Positions 37,801-52,663 are shown, numbered from the stretch's first letter. The stretch is DNA of 64,000 nt from Octopus sinensis (GCF_006345805.1 NC_043001.1:69006001-69070000); one strand, 5' to 3'. Notes: generated by a model from the sequence alone, not told the origin. Program-made: numbers and translations.

Positions 37801-38584
37801 TTAGTCTGGTTTAATAGCTTTCAAGGTGTTTGTGTGTATATAACTTATTTATTCTAATTTAGTAGATTATTGGCGCCGCAAATTACTTTACTTGTATATT
37901 AAGTTTCAACAAGTATAAAGTCAAGATTTCAATCTCATTTGTCAGACTGTCAATCTAAATATTCATCAAATAAGACATTTTCAGGAAAATACTGTAAGTG
38001 CAATGTATTTATTGCTTTATTTTTACATCAAATCATCTCTGTGGAATGTTGATAGTAAATTTCCTCTAGATTCGTATAGAATTTCTGGTAAAACGATAGT
38101 ATGAAATAAACATATCAAAGTAGAGGTGGATTTTCTCGACGTAGAACGATTTTATATTTTTGATATGTACGATAAGGAAAACTCAGCAAGACACTGTACG
38201 AGCTCTGACATTCTTATCGTTAATATTCGCTTGATCGTCTCATTCGAATTAAATGCAGATAACTCGACAACGATTAAAATTATATGGATGAACTCAAGGC
38301 TCGACACCACAGTGTATCAATGTGCGTATTAAACATATATAGTTACATGACACTCATTTAACTCACATGCATATAAATATGTATCCATATATATGTGCGT
38401 GTGAATGTGATTGTATGAGAAAGCGTAAGCATGTATGTATGTGTGAGTATCTGTATGTATGTGTGTATGTATGTATGTATGTATGACGTATGTATGTATA
38501 CGTGCAGATTTGTATGTTTTGTTTTCTGTATGTCTTCTCGTGCATATACTTGCATATCTAGACATGTTCATTTATACTAAAATA

Positions 38585-39530
38585 ATAAACATGTAGAAAA
38601 TTTTACAGATTTTTACATTTCCGGTGATGGCTTGGTTTTGTAGTCTTCGAATTAGCTTTTTTCCTTTCTGGTTTTGAGAAGCCTAATTTCTCAAGATTGG
38701 TATTTAGGCAATGTGTTACATATACCAGTGTCCCAATAATTACAGTTATAAACCCGATATTGTCATCTGAATAGAGTAACTGTAGATTTCTCAACAGGTC
38801 AGCGTAAGTAGTCTCTTTTTCATTGATCTTCAGCTTTATGTTATGATTCCCTGGGGAGCTGGTTTCCATAATTGTACACAGTTTCTCTTCTCTATCTCAA
38901 ATTATTAAATAAAGTGTATTGTGTTTACATTCATTGGAGTTTTCACTTGGACATTCCCCAGTACTCCTTTTTATTTTGAGCGGCTATGGCGTCCACATTG
39001 TGGTTATCCTTTCGACGGACTTGGTTTTATAGGATCCAAGCTACAGCATCATGTCTCATCAGCAGATCATACCATGATGACATTTTCGGACAACTGTTTA
39101 TGATGGGGTTGATATCTTCGGTGTTAACTCCAAAAAGTATGCATCGGTTGTCACATGTTGCTGCATTTTTTGCATCTCCCAATACGTTTTGGGCATCAGA
39201 TATTTGGATAATATTTCCTGTTCCTGGATTGCAAACGCATACCCTTCAAAGTGGGAGTTAGTAATTCAGTTTTTGGTTCATGATAGACTGCTTTGATGAT
39301 CAATGTTACTCTCATCCCGAAGCTTTCTACTAACGTATCCATGCATGGTCATCTACTCATCTACGCTCATCCTTTCTTCTGATGATATGTTGCAGTAGTC
39401 ATGCAATTTCTTTGGGCATGTATTTAAGTTTATCAGACAAGGAATGCTGCTGAAGGAGTTACCTTCCAAGTTTTATGGTTTTATCAGCTTCATGTATGCA
39501 AACTTGATCAAGGGATGCACTTCAACACTT
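38585..39530 (-). mobile_element. R4/Dong-like LINE 3' fragment (zinc knuckle and RLE domain)
   Basis: EDINPIINSCPKMSS..LLMRHD, KEKETTYADLLRNL, FITVIIGTL.YV. Confidence 0.7.
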
Positions 39531-39863
39531 CGCGGTTAAAAGATGATACGACATTCAAAGGCAGTTTATATATTCAATAATAATAAAGGGTAAACATTAA
39601 TTGATTAATTAATAATTAATAATTTTACCAAGTAGTTCCGTATGTTAAAAGAACCTTTATCGGTAACCTTATACAAAAATTCACGTAGGCATTTTTTTCT
39701 CTTTACCTACGTGAATTAAGAGTATTGCTGTCTGGGATATATCTTATGGTAGAGGAATAGAATTTAACTGCTATTTCTAAGTTTCGGTATGTGGTGAAGC
39801 AATATGCTGAACACTAATTATAAGTATAGAATTTTGGCATATATATATATATATATATATATT

Positions 39864-40026
39864 AGGCGCAGGTGTGGCTGTGTGGTAAGTAGCTTGTTAC
39901 CAACCACATGGTTAAGGGTTCAGTCCCACTGCGTGGCACCTTGGGCTAGTGTCTTCAACTGTAGCTTCGGGCCGACCAAATCCTTGTGAGTGGATTTGGT
40001 AGACGGAAACTGAAAGAAGCCCGTCG
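39864..40026 (+). mobile_element. SINE family A, 5' head only
   Basis: GGCGCAGGTGTGGCTGTGTGG...GGTTCAGTCCC...GAAAGAAGCCCGTCG then (TA)n; no 3' half follows. Confidence 0.9.
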
Positions 40027-40149
40027 AATATATGTATATATATATATATATATATATAGAAATTCGGGGTGAGTACTTGATAATTATAAGCACCTGTGTA
40101 TACCGTTTGGTGGTGTAGGTGGTGGAGTAAATTGATCACAATAAAATAA

Positions 40150-40830
40150 AAACATGATGCGAAGGATTCAGCGGTACATATGTTTCGGGCCTTTATTAGA
40201 CAGATTTATAACAATGCATAATGTATGTCTGTGGCCTTCTTCAGCCGCGCACAACAGCTTCCACAAGGACATGTGTTACATCAAAAAATTCTTGGTTGGG
40301 GATGCAAATCCTCTCATTCACGTACGACATAATGCGGCAGCAGCATAGAATTGAAGCGTCCATCTCTTTCTTCTCTCAATGTAGAATGAGGAAAATTGGA
40401 TGTTGAGGTAATGTAAATAAATAAATACATATATAGAGGTGAAGATGGAGGGGCGAGAGTTCGGGACGAGGGATAAAAAATGTATAAAAAGTGTAAGTAT
40501 AGAATAATATAAAAATGTAGAGGATAAAGATATAAAGAGTTGTAAGGAGATGTAAAGGGGGTATAAAGAAATATAAAGAAATATAAATAAATGTAAAGGC
40601 ATAAGTTTATAAAGTAAAAATAGAAATAGAAATAAAAGTAAAAAACCCAGATAAAACCATGATAAAAGTGTAAAAGAATGTAAAGATAAGGGATGTATAG
40701 AGGTTACGGACCAAGCAAGGTGGTCAGGAGATTGATAAAATTTAGTTGTAGAATTGTCAGTAAATCAACAGTTTCGTCTGGGGACTTAATGCGTTGTAAA
40801 TCAGAGCTGATGAGCATTTAATCTGGTTCC
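40150..40830 (-). mobile_element. Highly decayed PLE 3' fragment with HHR relic
   Basis: Reverse 40203-40175: CTAATAA-AGGCCC-GAAAC-ATAT-GTA (palindromic ACATATGT); weak RT-thumb-like translation. Confidence 0.4.
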
Positions 40831-41054
40831 TTGAATTAAATGGACTTCTAGTACATACATATCATCATGGATACATACACCCACATACACGCGTACATAT
40901 ACGCCTCCAAGCCTATAAGCATACACACGCACTCGCGCGTAAACACGTACATAAACACACACGCACCCACACGCACGCGCGTACACACACATACATACAA
41001 CAGAATATCCGCATATATACACGGACATTACGTGTATATATATATATATGTATG

Positions 41055-41259
41055 TGTGTGTTTGTGTGTCTGTGTTTGTCCCCCTAGCATTGCTTGACAA
41101 CCGATGCTGGTGTGTTTATGTCCCCGTCACTTAGCGGTTTGGCAAAAGAGACCGATAGAATAAGTACTGGGCGTCCAAAGAATAAGTCCCGAGGTCGAGT
41201 TGCTCGATTAAAGGCGGTGCTCCAGCATGGCCGCAGTCAAATGACTGAAACAAGTAAAA
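41055..41259 (+). mobile_element. SINE family A, 3' half only
   Basis: Direct match to the family tail. Confidence 0.9.
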
Positions 41260-41262
41260 AAA

Positions 41263-41824
<562 letters not shown>

Positions 41825-42162
41825 ATATAAATGTATATATATCTATGAATATATATATATATATATATATACATGTACATATCTATAAATATTTATATGC
41901 ATATATATACAAATATATATATATATATATATAGGTAAACGTTAAAAAAACACAAACTGGGACAAGAACGTGAAACATTTTGAAGACGGCAAAAAAACAC
42001 ACAGTCATCAGTCAAGAACCAGATCATCTTCGCAATTTCGGCTGATTAATCTTGAGATTGCTCCAATCTGGGCAGCCAACCAAGGGAAATCGCATTAGAT
42101 TCCTTGGAAGAAAACCTCGAAAGTATACAACACGGTGACGGAAAAACGGACGATGTTACTCG

Positions 42163-42193
<31 letters not shown>

Positions 42194-43231
42194 TATCAGT
42201 AATATTAATACGCTAACTTTGTTTTTGTACGTAACTGTGTTGCATGTCACACTTCAGAGTGGCAAAGCGAGAAAGAGAGAGGAGGGCGGAGAGGAAGTAA
42301 ATAGGAAACTAGAGCTTATCAAGAAAAACTACGCAAATTCTTTAAAAGATTTGGACTATCTATTTCTCTTGAAAAGGAACAAACCTCTAATAACTACTTA
42401 GACACAACCTGCAGCCTAGTCACAGGACTACATGAACCCTACATGAAACCCAACATGAACCTCAAATGCATAAACGCTTCTAGTTACCACCCAAACTTTA
42501 TTAAGAGAAGCTTAGTACATAGCATTAGCAATAGAATATCACGCCTTTCTTCCAACATAAATATCTTTAATAGACATAAAGAAATTTATAACTCCGCACT
42601 ATGGAAAGAAGGATTTAAACAAAATTTAAATACCTTGGCCCAAATAGCAGAAACCCACTCACTAATACCATTAACACCAACCACACACCATGCATCACCA
42701 CAAACTACGTCAACAATGAGAACACTATGGGTAATCTCAATATAAACCACACTGATATGAACAACGCCCGTACAGAAACAACTAATAACAACAAAAATAA
42801 CCACAGCACTAACACCGATGGAGTGACATTAAATAAGATTAATAATATTAACAAAACTAATAACACAAAGTACACAAATAAGATCCAAAAGATCATTACC
42901 TACAAAATTATTAGTACACACCTACACATCGGTATCAATAAAACTAAAGTGACCCAACGAACTAATATGAACTCTGTTAATAACAAGAAAGACAGGCCCT
43001 ATAACCAACATGAACCCTACGAAAATAACACCAATAGGACAGACAAAATAACAGGAAAATAAAACCTAACTTTAGAAATAGCCAAGATAGATACAACCAT
43101 AACTTCACAATACTCATTAACAAATGAGCATAGCTTCTATACTAGAAAAAACAATACAAAAACTTAAACAAAATAATGATAATAATATCTGGCTCGTAAT
43201 CCCCTACACAATGCATCTAAAATCAATCATA

Positions 43232-44480
43232 CGAGGGGCGTTCAGTAAGTAATGCCCCTGACCCACTCCCCATAGCAATAGAGCAACGAAACTTGGCGCA
43301 GTTATTAGTCTTTTTCTACATAGGAACCACCCAGAATTACGCCTTTCTCTCTCCCATCGTTTGATGCAGCTCTGGAGACCGTTTTTGTAAAAGACCCCAG
43401 CTTGGTCCTCCAACCACGACGTAACTTCAGAAATCAAGGCTGCATCATCTGGGAAACGCTTTCCTTTCAAAAACAATTTCATGGCTGGGAAGAGATGAAA
43501 ATCAGAGATTGCAAAGTCAGGAGAGTAGGAGGATGGGGGAAGAGTTCATAGCCGCACGCCTGTGCTTCTGATCTGGCGACACGCGATTTGTGGACCGGAG
43601 CGTTGTCCTGCAGGAGGATGCCTTTGCTGATCTTGCCCCGCGTCTTGATTTTGATAGCTTCTCTTAATTTTCTCAAAAGTGAAGCGTAATAGGCTCCTGT
43701 AATTGTGGTACCCTTTGCCAGGAAATATGTCAGCACTACTCCGTTCTGGTCCCGGAAGACTGTGCGCATGACCTTGCCAGTGGAGGGCTGCACACTTGCC
43801 TTCTTTGGAGGAGGTGAGTCACGGTGCTTCCACTGCATTGACTGGGCTTTGGTCCCTGGATCATAGTGATGGACCCAGGTTTCATCCTGTGTAATAAGTC
43901 TTTTGAAAAAGTTTGACTCATCTTCTTGGCACATCTCCAAATTCATCCTCGAGCACTCGACTCGTTCTTGCTTCTGGAAAGGTGTGAGCAACCTGGGAAT
44001 CCATCTGGCAGACACCTTTTGCATATGCAAATAGTCATGAATGATAGTTTCTACAGACCCGGTCCTAATCTTGACCTCATGGACTATTTGGCGAATAGTT
44101 ATGCGTCGATCTTCCAAAATGGCAGCCTCAACTTGACGGACAGAAACCTCATCAATGGCAGAAGGGGGGCGACCAGATCTGGGAGCTGTTTCCACAGAGT
44201 TCCGACCATGCTTGAATTCACGATGCCAGCATTGTACAAGGTCATATGATGGGGCATCATCACCATAAGTTACTTTCATTTCAGCAAAAGTCTCCCGTGG
44301 TGTGCGTCCTTTCAAATACAAAAACCGGATCACTGTTCGACATTCAACAGGCTCCATTTCACACTTGACTGAGTTCAAACACCTGTACATCAGAAACTAC
44401 AATTAGTTCAGAACTGTAATTTGCCACTTAATTTATAGAGATATCAGTAATTGCACATGCAAAATTTCAGCTAGATCAAA
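43232..44480 (-). mobile_element. mariner element (irritans/Hsmar2-like TIR), one TIR retained
   Basis: TA then CGAGGGGCGTTCAGTAAGTAATGCCCCTG at 43230-43260; opposite TIR not found. Confidence 0.88.
43305..44357 (-). pseudogene. mariner D,D34D transposase with frameshifts
   Basis: WIPRLL, ITQDETWV, QDNAPVH, HPP-YSPD (frameshifted), C-terminal YVEKD*. Confidence 0.9.
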
Positions 44481-45879
44481 AAACTCACTTTTCGCTCATT
44501 AATGAAAATCATAGTCAAACATCTAAACGTTAATAGGAAATATGCAGAATTATTTTGGAATGAGATTAGAACGGGCACAGCCTGACTATTAACTTAGCCA
44601 CAATAATAGCCTCAATGAATAATAAAAAAAAAGACAAATTCTATGAAACTAGAAAGATTGTGAACAATAAAAATAATAACCAACCAATAGAACTAAGCCC
44701 ACCACTAACACAGCGCCTCCTGCTAACTTAGATATAGACATGAATAATAATAGCCCCACACAATACAACACAAACGCAGATATACCTAATTATTTATGGG
44801 GCTGCAGGGATAGAACAAAATGCTATGTCCCAAATTGATGCAAGATAAATAACGTGGTTTACCAATGTGACGTGCACACAAATAGCCAGACGAAATCATA
44901 CATAGGCGCCACCAAGAACCAAGTGATTCTTAGATATAACGCAGAGCAATCGATCTTCAGAAAGAGGAGTAAGGCCAACTCAACAGAGTTCAGTACATAT
45001 ATTTGGGAACTTAAGGATAAGAAAATAGATTATAGATTAATCTGGCGCATACTCGCAAAAACAATCTCATACAACACCGCCAATAGACGCTGCGATCTTT
45101 GTTTATCAGAACGCCTAGCTATACTTACTGCTAAACAATACTTCCTAAATAGGAAATTTGAGAACAACAAATTTTGTCTTCTGGTGGTCTTTTATTTCTT
45201 TTCAAAATACTGGCAGAATAACATCTTTTGTCTTTAAGTAGGAAGCTACCTAATAAACACATAAACAGTCATCCCGCAAAGCCATTCCCCCTCCACATTC
45301 CATAATAATTTACTTTGCACCTTTTACATTGGGCTCCTTTTATCAAAAAGAACGTCCTAAACTCTAGACATAATATAATTTTTAGCCATAATACAATTTG
45401 AAACCATACTATCTAGTCTAATAAAACTGGTATGAGTTAGCTCCCTTTTCACCCTATGTTAGAGTTTCCCCTCTTCACTTACACAACCGGTGACTAAAAA
45501 GGTGCGTAGTAAAACTCGGAACCCCACACCAATATAACATACACCTCGCTATAATTACCCGACGGAACAATAAATTAACTAATCTACTACAATGAAACTT
45601 ATCCCCAGCGAAATAAGCAGCTCAAGAAAAAAATTTAATGTAAGACTTACTAACTATGCCTCCATTACCATCACATATGTATCAATTATTTTCTTATTCT
45701 GACCGATGTACCAATCTATTTTTCGCATTCTGAAGAGACTTACTGAAACTAGTGAATTGAAACGATCGTAAACGCTACCTTCTTCTTTGTTATCTAATTA
45801 AATTAAAAGCATAACAGTGAAAACGACGAGTTTCCCCTTGTTACTTACATATATTTTCTTCTCATATATATATAAATAT

Positions 45880-45924
<45 letters not shown>

Positions 45925-45926
<2 letters not shown>

Positions 45927-46130
45927 TACAGAGGGAGAGTTTACGAAAAAAGCAAAAGACGAAGACAGGTGGTGTACAAAACTATCAGATGTATTAGTAT
46001 AACGCTCAGGAATAGAAAAAGTCTTTTACGTTTCGAGCCTACGCTCTTCTACAGAAAAGGACACAGAAAAAATAAGGAGAGAAAAAATGTGTATAGTAGC
46101 TAACGATCTATCATGGCGACTGTTATACAT
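45925..46130 (-). mobile_element. Non-autonomous PLE 3' end with variant HHR-like motif
   Basis: Reverse 46059-46023: CTTTT-CTGTAGA-A-GAGC-GTAG-GCTC-GAAAC-GTA-AAAG. Confidence 0.7.
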
Positions 46131-46145
46131 ATTTATTTATATAGT

Positions 46146-46202
<57 letters not shown>

Positions 46203-46214
46203 GTGTGTATATGT

Positions 46215-46271
<57 letters not shown>

Positions 46272-46299
46272 TATATGTATATATAAATAAATATCTATG

Positions 46300-46367
<68 letters not shown>

Positions 46368-46405
46368 AATTCACTGTATATTTATATATATGTATATATA
46401 TATAT

Positions 46406-46735
46406 GCGTGGCTTAGTGGTTAGGTTATTCGGCTTACAATCTTTATGTCATGAGTTCGATGAACGGCCACGCATTGTGTCCCTTGAGCAAGACACTTTAC
46501 GTCATGTTGCTCCTGTCCGGTCAGCTGGAAAAATGTGAATAGTACTTGCATTTCAAAGGACATGTTTTGTCATCTTTATATCACGCTGAATCTCCCTGGG
46601 AACTACGTTAATCTTACGAGTGTCTGTATATTGGAGAACATTGCTCGTTAATTTCACCTTAATTCAACAGGGTATTCCGTCGATAGGATTTACTGAGACA
46701 CTCGTCGTCGTAAACGACGGTTTGCTGTGCCTGTT
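46406..46735 (+). mobile_element. tRNA-derived SINE, family B
   Basis: GTGGCTTAGTGG A box, GAGTTCGATG B box, CCTTGAGCAAGACACTT core, tail CTCGTCGTCGTAAACGACGG. Confidence 0.8.
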
Positions 46736-47622
46736 ATATACTTACATATATTGTTATATTTCGGGGTGGTATTTCTTTCTTTTTTTCCTTCAGATAAAAA
46801 AACGCACTATATATTCATTCTTCACTCGTTTATTACAGTTCTTATTTTATCTTATAATTGTTGTCCGAAATCCATCGTTACGCAACTGTAACATCTTTAG
46901 CGACCCATTCAGTCCACGTGTGTCCTCCTACTCTACGCACTCGATATATATGATACTTGTGTCAGTATAGTGGACTCTGGCTATGTTGGGAAACCACTTA
47001 AACGGTTGTAGTCGAAAAGAAACAATAATAGTTTGATATTGTCTTCTGATGAAACGCTCTGTTCTGGGAAATTAAACATTATCCGGCACTGCATGTGAAG
47101 CGCTGTTGGGGGAGGGAAATACATAGCCACACACACACACACACACACACACACAAATATACACACACACATTCAGACATGCCCATTTCCCAAAACGATA
47201 AACCTTCCACGTGACAGAATAAAGAACTCAAGACGACAGAAACTGTAACAAAATCCCTTTATTTCCCTTCTTTTTTCTCTTTTAACTCAGTATGACCGTA
47301 CTTTTGGGGATCCACATGTTTTATACTCTTCGCCGCTCATTTTTGATATTATAGAATTTTGTGAAGATTTAATCGTTTAAACATGTTTTCTACTTAAATT
47401 AAAAATTTTTTAAATCCCATAGGTTTATACAATAGATAATAAAAAAAGGAATAACAGAAAATATTTGGAATAAATAAATTTATTTTAAAACAATTACAAA
47501 TTTTTCAAATTTAGGGGCATTTTCAATAACAAATTCTATATATATATCCGTGTGTGTGTATGTGTGTGTATAGATGGATATGGTATGTACATGTATATAT
47601 GTATGTATGTATATATATATAT

Positions 47623-48180
47623 ATTTGTATAGTAATAAATGGAGTTGAACACAGGTGTTATTCATGATTTTACTTTCGACATATGTTTTAAGTATTTAAA
47701 AAAAAACCGTTAGTAGATCCGACGTCAAATGCAAACCCTAGAAAGAGAAGGGGTAAAGAAATAATAAGTAGAGAACAAATAAAGAGGGATATATTGGTTG
47801 AAAAAATGTTCAAAGGCTTGGAAGTAGATTTCAAGCCTTTGAACATTTTTCAACCAATATATCCCTCTTTATTTGTTCTCTACTTATTATTTCTTTATCC
47901 CTTCTCTTCCTAAGGTCTGACTTTGACGTCGGATCTACTAACGTTTTTTTTTAAATACATAATAGCGTTCTGTTTATCATTTATGCAGTCATCAAAATTG
48001 TTATAATGTCTTGTTGTTGAGATAGGTTCTCTTTCTTTACTGATGAGAAGATTACGTTATTTTACACCGTTTATTCCTTTAGAATACAACCAATGTTGTC
48101 TTAGAAACATATGTCGAAGGTAAAAGAATTTGAATAACACATGCGTTCAACTGCATTTATTTACTTATACTATACAAATA
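47623..48180. repeat. Nested inverted repeats: near-perfect inner palindrome 47690-47958 inside older outer arms
   Basis: Inner: CGTTAGTAGATCCGACGTCAAA...CAAAGGCTTG / CAAGCCTTTG...TTTGACGTCGGATCTACTAACG. Outer: 47623-47690 versus 48100-48180. Confidence 0.88.
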
Positions 48181-48315
48181 ACTGCATATTAACCCGGAGT
48201 TTCTACCTCTGAATAGGTCACTATATCCTTGCTACTTGCGTGAATTTTCCTACCCTTGTAACTGTTTATTGAATTTTCCATGTTAACGGTAAACAAAAGG
48301 ATAATTCATTCATCC

Positions 48316-48367
<52 letters not shown>

Positions 48368-48457
48368 CGTCCACTTGTGACCGAAGAACATCATATGTAT
48401 ATACATACATACGCACATACATATATACATAAATTCAAATTCATGTACATGTATATA

Positions 48458-48552
<95 letters not shown>

Positions 48553-49265
48553 ATACAAACGTACAGTTTACAAATTGCAGGTCACTGGCTTCTCCCATGC
48601 CATATTATAATATCAATATAACAGACTTCAAATATAATACAATAGGAAATGCAAGTAAGTCTATCATTTACTTCAGTGCTTCCTCTTGAAGTATATGTTA
48701 ATGTAGTTGCAGCCTTCATAAAGGTTGTTTATCTTTTCTCTTCATGTTAATCAATTTCTTAAGTGACTCATTAAAATCTGTACACTTTACATTAATGAAA
48801 ATAGTCGTAAATATGTTTTGCTGCATAATTATCATGTTGAAATACACTTCATTACCAATACTTATCACAGGAAAAGTATTGTTAGTGAAGGAAAAGGCGA
48901 CGAGAATGACGTTGAATCGTTTTACGTCCTGTATATCTGTCCTTTAATGGAAAATGCAATAATATATAATTTAATCACCATTTGCACATACATTCTCGCA
49001 CAAATATACTGAAATGTCGACTATATTATATTATATATATATATTTATATACATATATACACAACACATATACATATGTGGATATAAATACACGCATATA
49101 AATGTTTATGTTTATGTATATACACCTATACGCATCCAGCAATATACGTGTATGCAAGTATGTATGCGTGTATATCATACAAACATATATACACACACGT
49201 GTGAATGTATATATATATATATATATATCCATATTTTCATAAATGCATACATACATGTATATTCT

Positions 49266-49341
<76 letters not shown>

Positions 49342-51472
49342 ATGTATATAATCGTACTTTTGTGTGTTTTAGTGTGTATAGTTATATATAAGTGTATATG
49401 CATAGTAATACATAAGTACATACATACACACAGAAGAACCCAAACACATATATATGCCTATACTAAATTTCCACTTGTATATACACTTTCAAAGAGTAAT
49501 CTAATATAGTGATACTCTTCCAAAGAATCAACTGATTCGCTGCCAACATTAAAATTTTTCATATCCCACAAAAATCTATGTTTGAATTCATGATAGCCAT
49601 GTTGGAAATGAATTCATGAAAATGAATAAAATATAAAAATAATGAATAATAGTAATAATAAAAAATGATAATAATGATTAGTGGCACAAAATAATAAATA
49701 AGCATTTACTATAGCAATACTCTTATATATTTCTCCGTCATGATATATGAAAGAGAAAGGAAGGGGTGATAGATGAATAAGGAATGAAGGTATGATGGCA
49801 AACTGGTAGTGGGATGATGGAAGTTCTATGGTGAAAATAGAAATCAAACAGCGTCAACTCTGCGTGAGTATATGTGTGTGTATGTAAACGGAAGTCAAGT
49901 GAATGTTTGTGTGTATGTGTTTGTATATGTGTGTGTGCGTGCGTGTGTGTGCAATGGAAGTGGGATGGTGAACATTCAAAGCTGAAAAGAAAAATCAAAC
50001 AGCGTTTCAACTATGTATGAATATAATTGTTTATGTGTGTGCGCGTACAAGGGATGTACGTGAACGTTTATATGTGTGAACCAGCGTTTTTTCAGTAATA
50101 AATGGTGATGGATGTCACATTTCAAAAGACAACCACGAGATAACACTGAGAAGTGTATTAATTTGAATTGCCAGCCATATTCTATTTTTTATCCTTATTT
50201 ATATAGAAATTACTACAACTAGTCGTAGTTTTTGACGGTACGGGGCCAGCTAGTAAATAATTTTAGTTAGCAAAATAACAACGTAGAATTATAATGGTGT
50301 AGAGGCAAAGTTTTCCACGACTTTTTTATAGTGATTCTTGGTGCATGTAAGTATAATAGCGATTGTAACTTATTAGTCAGAGTTGTCATTTCAGTTTCAT
50401 TTCAAGTATCGAATCGTACCGTCAGCTTCTGTCAGCTGTAGCTTATGTGTTCAGCAAGTTTGCTGTTTGCAAATTTTGATAACTTTTAGCTACACAGTTT
50501 GTCACATGAAGCCTAGCGAAGTGCACATTCTGTTTCTAAAATGCATTACACAGGGGGAGAAATATGGGAATTATCAACATGTATGAACAACGCTAGAGCC
50601 TTCCTTTATTTGGACACTCTAGTGTGTGAACAATTATTAGATTGCACATATAAAGCAATAGGTTGAAAAAATATTTAAACGCGAGAGTTAAGCAATGCTG
50701 TACGTCTCTATTGAAAGCACATAATCACAACATAAAAATTTCTATTTACCGTGTATGTATGAATCTATATGTATGTATGCATGTATACATATACAAATAT
50801 ACATACATGCATACACACACACATATATATGTATATGTATATGTTGCTTCTTCACCAAACTTTTTGGCGCCCTCCGATTCTTCCCCTCTCTTCCTCCCAT
50901 CCTCCTTAATCCCTTCTTTCTCCTTCTCTCTTGGTCACTGATTCTGTCCCCTGCCTTCCACCCTCTTTGATTCCCTCTCTCTCTGTCTCTCTTTCTCTCT
51001 CTCCTGCGACCTGCTGCTTCTTCAACCATTCTGTTGGCCTTCGTATCTCGACCAACATGTGTCCCCGCTACCGAAACGGTAATTATTTCTACGCCAGCTG
51101 CTATGTTGTTGTTGTTTTGTCTCATTTGGTCTAAAGTCGTATGACAACCACCGTTATATATATTTTGTTTTTTCATTACTGTTTTCAATTTCGTTTTCGT
51201 CTCTTGTATTCACATCCGTCTTGTGCGTTCACATTCCTGTCTTCTACCAAGAAATCTAATGCTTACAGCTTAGTTTTTTTTCTTGGGGCTGGCCGAGTTG
51301 GAGCAAATATCAGAATTGAACAGCCGAAATTTGCTATGATGATTCGGTGTCTGACTGAAGATTGAAGGCTTCGAATGATTTGTCTGTGTTCCGTGTTCGT
51401 CCCTTCCTGTATTTCACGTTCATTATATATAAAAACATTCATTCTTATATATATATATATATATATACATAC

Positions 51473-51578
<106 letters not shown>

Positions 51579-51619
51579 AGTAAAACAAGAATGAGACCTC
51601 GATATTAGATAAATAAAGG

Positions 51620-52000
51620 ATATTTAGAATGAATATTTAAAAGTTATTATAGTACTCGGACTTTCGAATGTTGGAGCGAAGAGCTACGATGCAGTCTCCT
51701 CGGCTGTTAATGTCAACAGACGCTATGAAAATCCATTGAATGAAACGGATGTTACTCCAAAAGGTAGAAAAAGAGAAAAGGGAAAGATAATAAATACATG
51801 CAACCGAGTTCTCACAATACATAGACATAAGCCTCATCCATTCACAACTTCTACATACGTACACTCTCACACAAATATGTATGCGTTCATGCACATACAC
51901 ACAAACACACAAACATATATGTTTATGTACATACCCATACATACACACATATCCGCCCACACATGCAACCTCATCCTCATATACACTGCTGATAAACACA
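51620..52000 (+). mobile_element. Non-autonomous repeat with an inverted, interrupted homolog at 55960-57300
   Basis: AGTACTCGGACTTTCGAATGTTGGAG matches the reverse complement of 57250-57285; CATAGACATAAGCC matches the reverse complement of 56075-56100. Confidence 0.65.
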
Positions 52001-52149
52001 ACCAAATTTCGTAAGTCATTTAACACTTTTCAACAGAAACAGAAAAAAGACATCAAAAGCATAAAAAATTCCAGAAAAGCGGAACTTTTTCTGATAAAAC
52101 CAAGAACGTATACTTTGTTGATAACAGCACATACTAACAACTCTTACAT

Positions 52150-52430
52150 AACAATGTTATTAGTAATTACCCTAAAGCTAGTCCGCAAGTTTATAACGAT
52201 ATTAATAAAGAAGCTAGTATCATCGCCGCCAGGTTTAAATTAGACAAAAAAACAACAACCAGAAATCCTTCCACAAAAAGAGGCCGTTATAACTATTAAG
52301 GACCATAAAAGACCTTCATATCTAATCCTAAATGCAGACTAAATAAACCTGCAAAATCAGAAATCGGTATAATCAATAAAGAAATTTTAAAAGTTAATGC
52401 TAAAGTTAGAGGGACAGCTAGTTAAGTACA
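52150..52430 (+). mobile_element. Naiad-like PLE RT N-terminal fragment
   Basis: ITIKDHK...NPKCRL.NPAKSEIG.I.KEIL. Confidence 0.7.
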
Positions 52431-52563
52431 ATTGTCCAATAGTATAGAAGTTGTTAACCGTATCTGGTGGATAAAGGCCATTTTCCTGCACACTTCCCCT
52501 TTATTTATACGGATATGCATATATTTGTATATGTGCGAGTGTAGGTGTGTGTTAGGAAGGTGT

Positions 52564-52637
<74 letters not shown>

Positions 52638-52663
52638 TTTATTTTAAGCAGCAGAAAATTCAA

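Larger units (their letters stand above)
42260..45830 (+). mobile_element. Naiad-like PLE 3' half, decayed and interrupted by a mariner
   Basis: LDTTCSLVTGLHEPYMKPN..L..IN.SSYHP..I...ISNRISRLSS; GIY-YIG VVYQC...SYIGAT...TEFS.YIWELK...CDLCLSE at 44854-45237; HHR relic at 45725-45775. Confidence 0.8.

Noticed and set aside
35300-38300. Relatively repeat-free stretch searched for additional GPCR exons
   Set aside because: No TM1/TM2/TM4-like translation with splice sites found by eye; a tBLASTn would be needed to exclude one.
42650-43200. Asn/Thr-rich 111-aa ORF
   Set aside because: Low-complexity linker region of the decayed PLE, not a host gene.
44790-44860. In-frame TGA (44836-44838) in the Cys-rich linker of a Naiad-like PLE, as possible selenocysteine
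   Set aside because: The TGA is beside, not at, a conserved Cys column; the copy is decayed and I found no SECIS-like fold downstream.
51340-51390. CTGAAGA...CGAA motif in a pLTR-like repeat (homolog at 41960-42110)
   Set aside because: Stems II and III do not pair in either copy; too degenerate to call.
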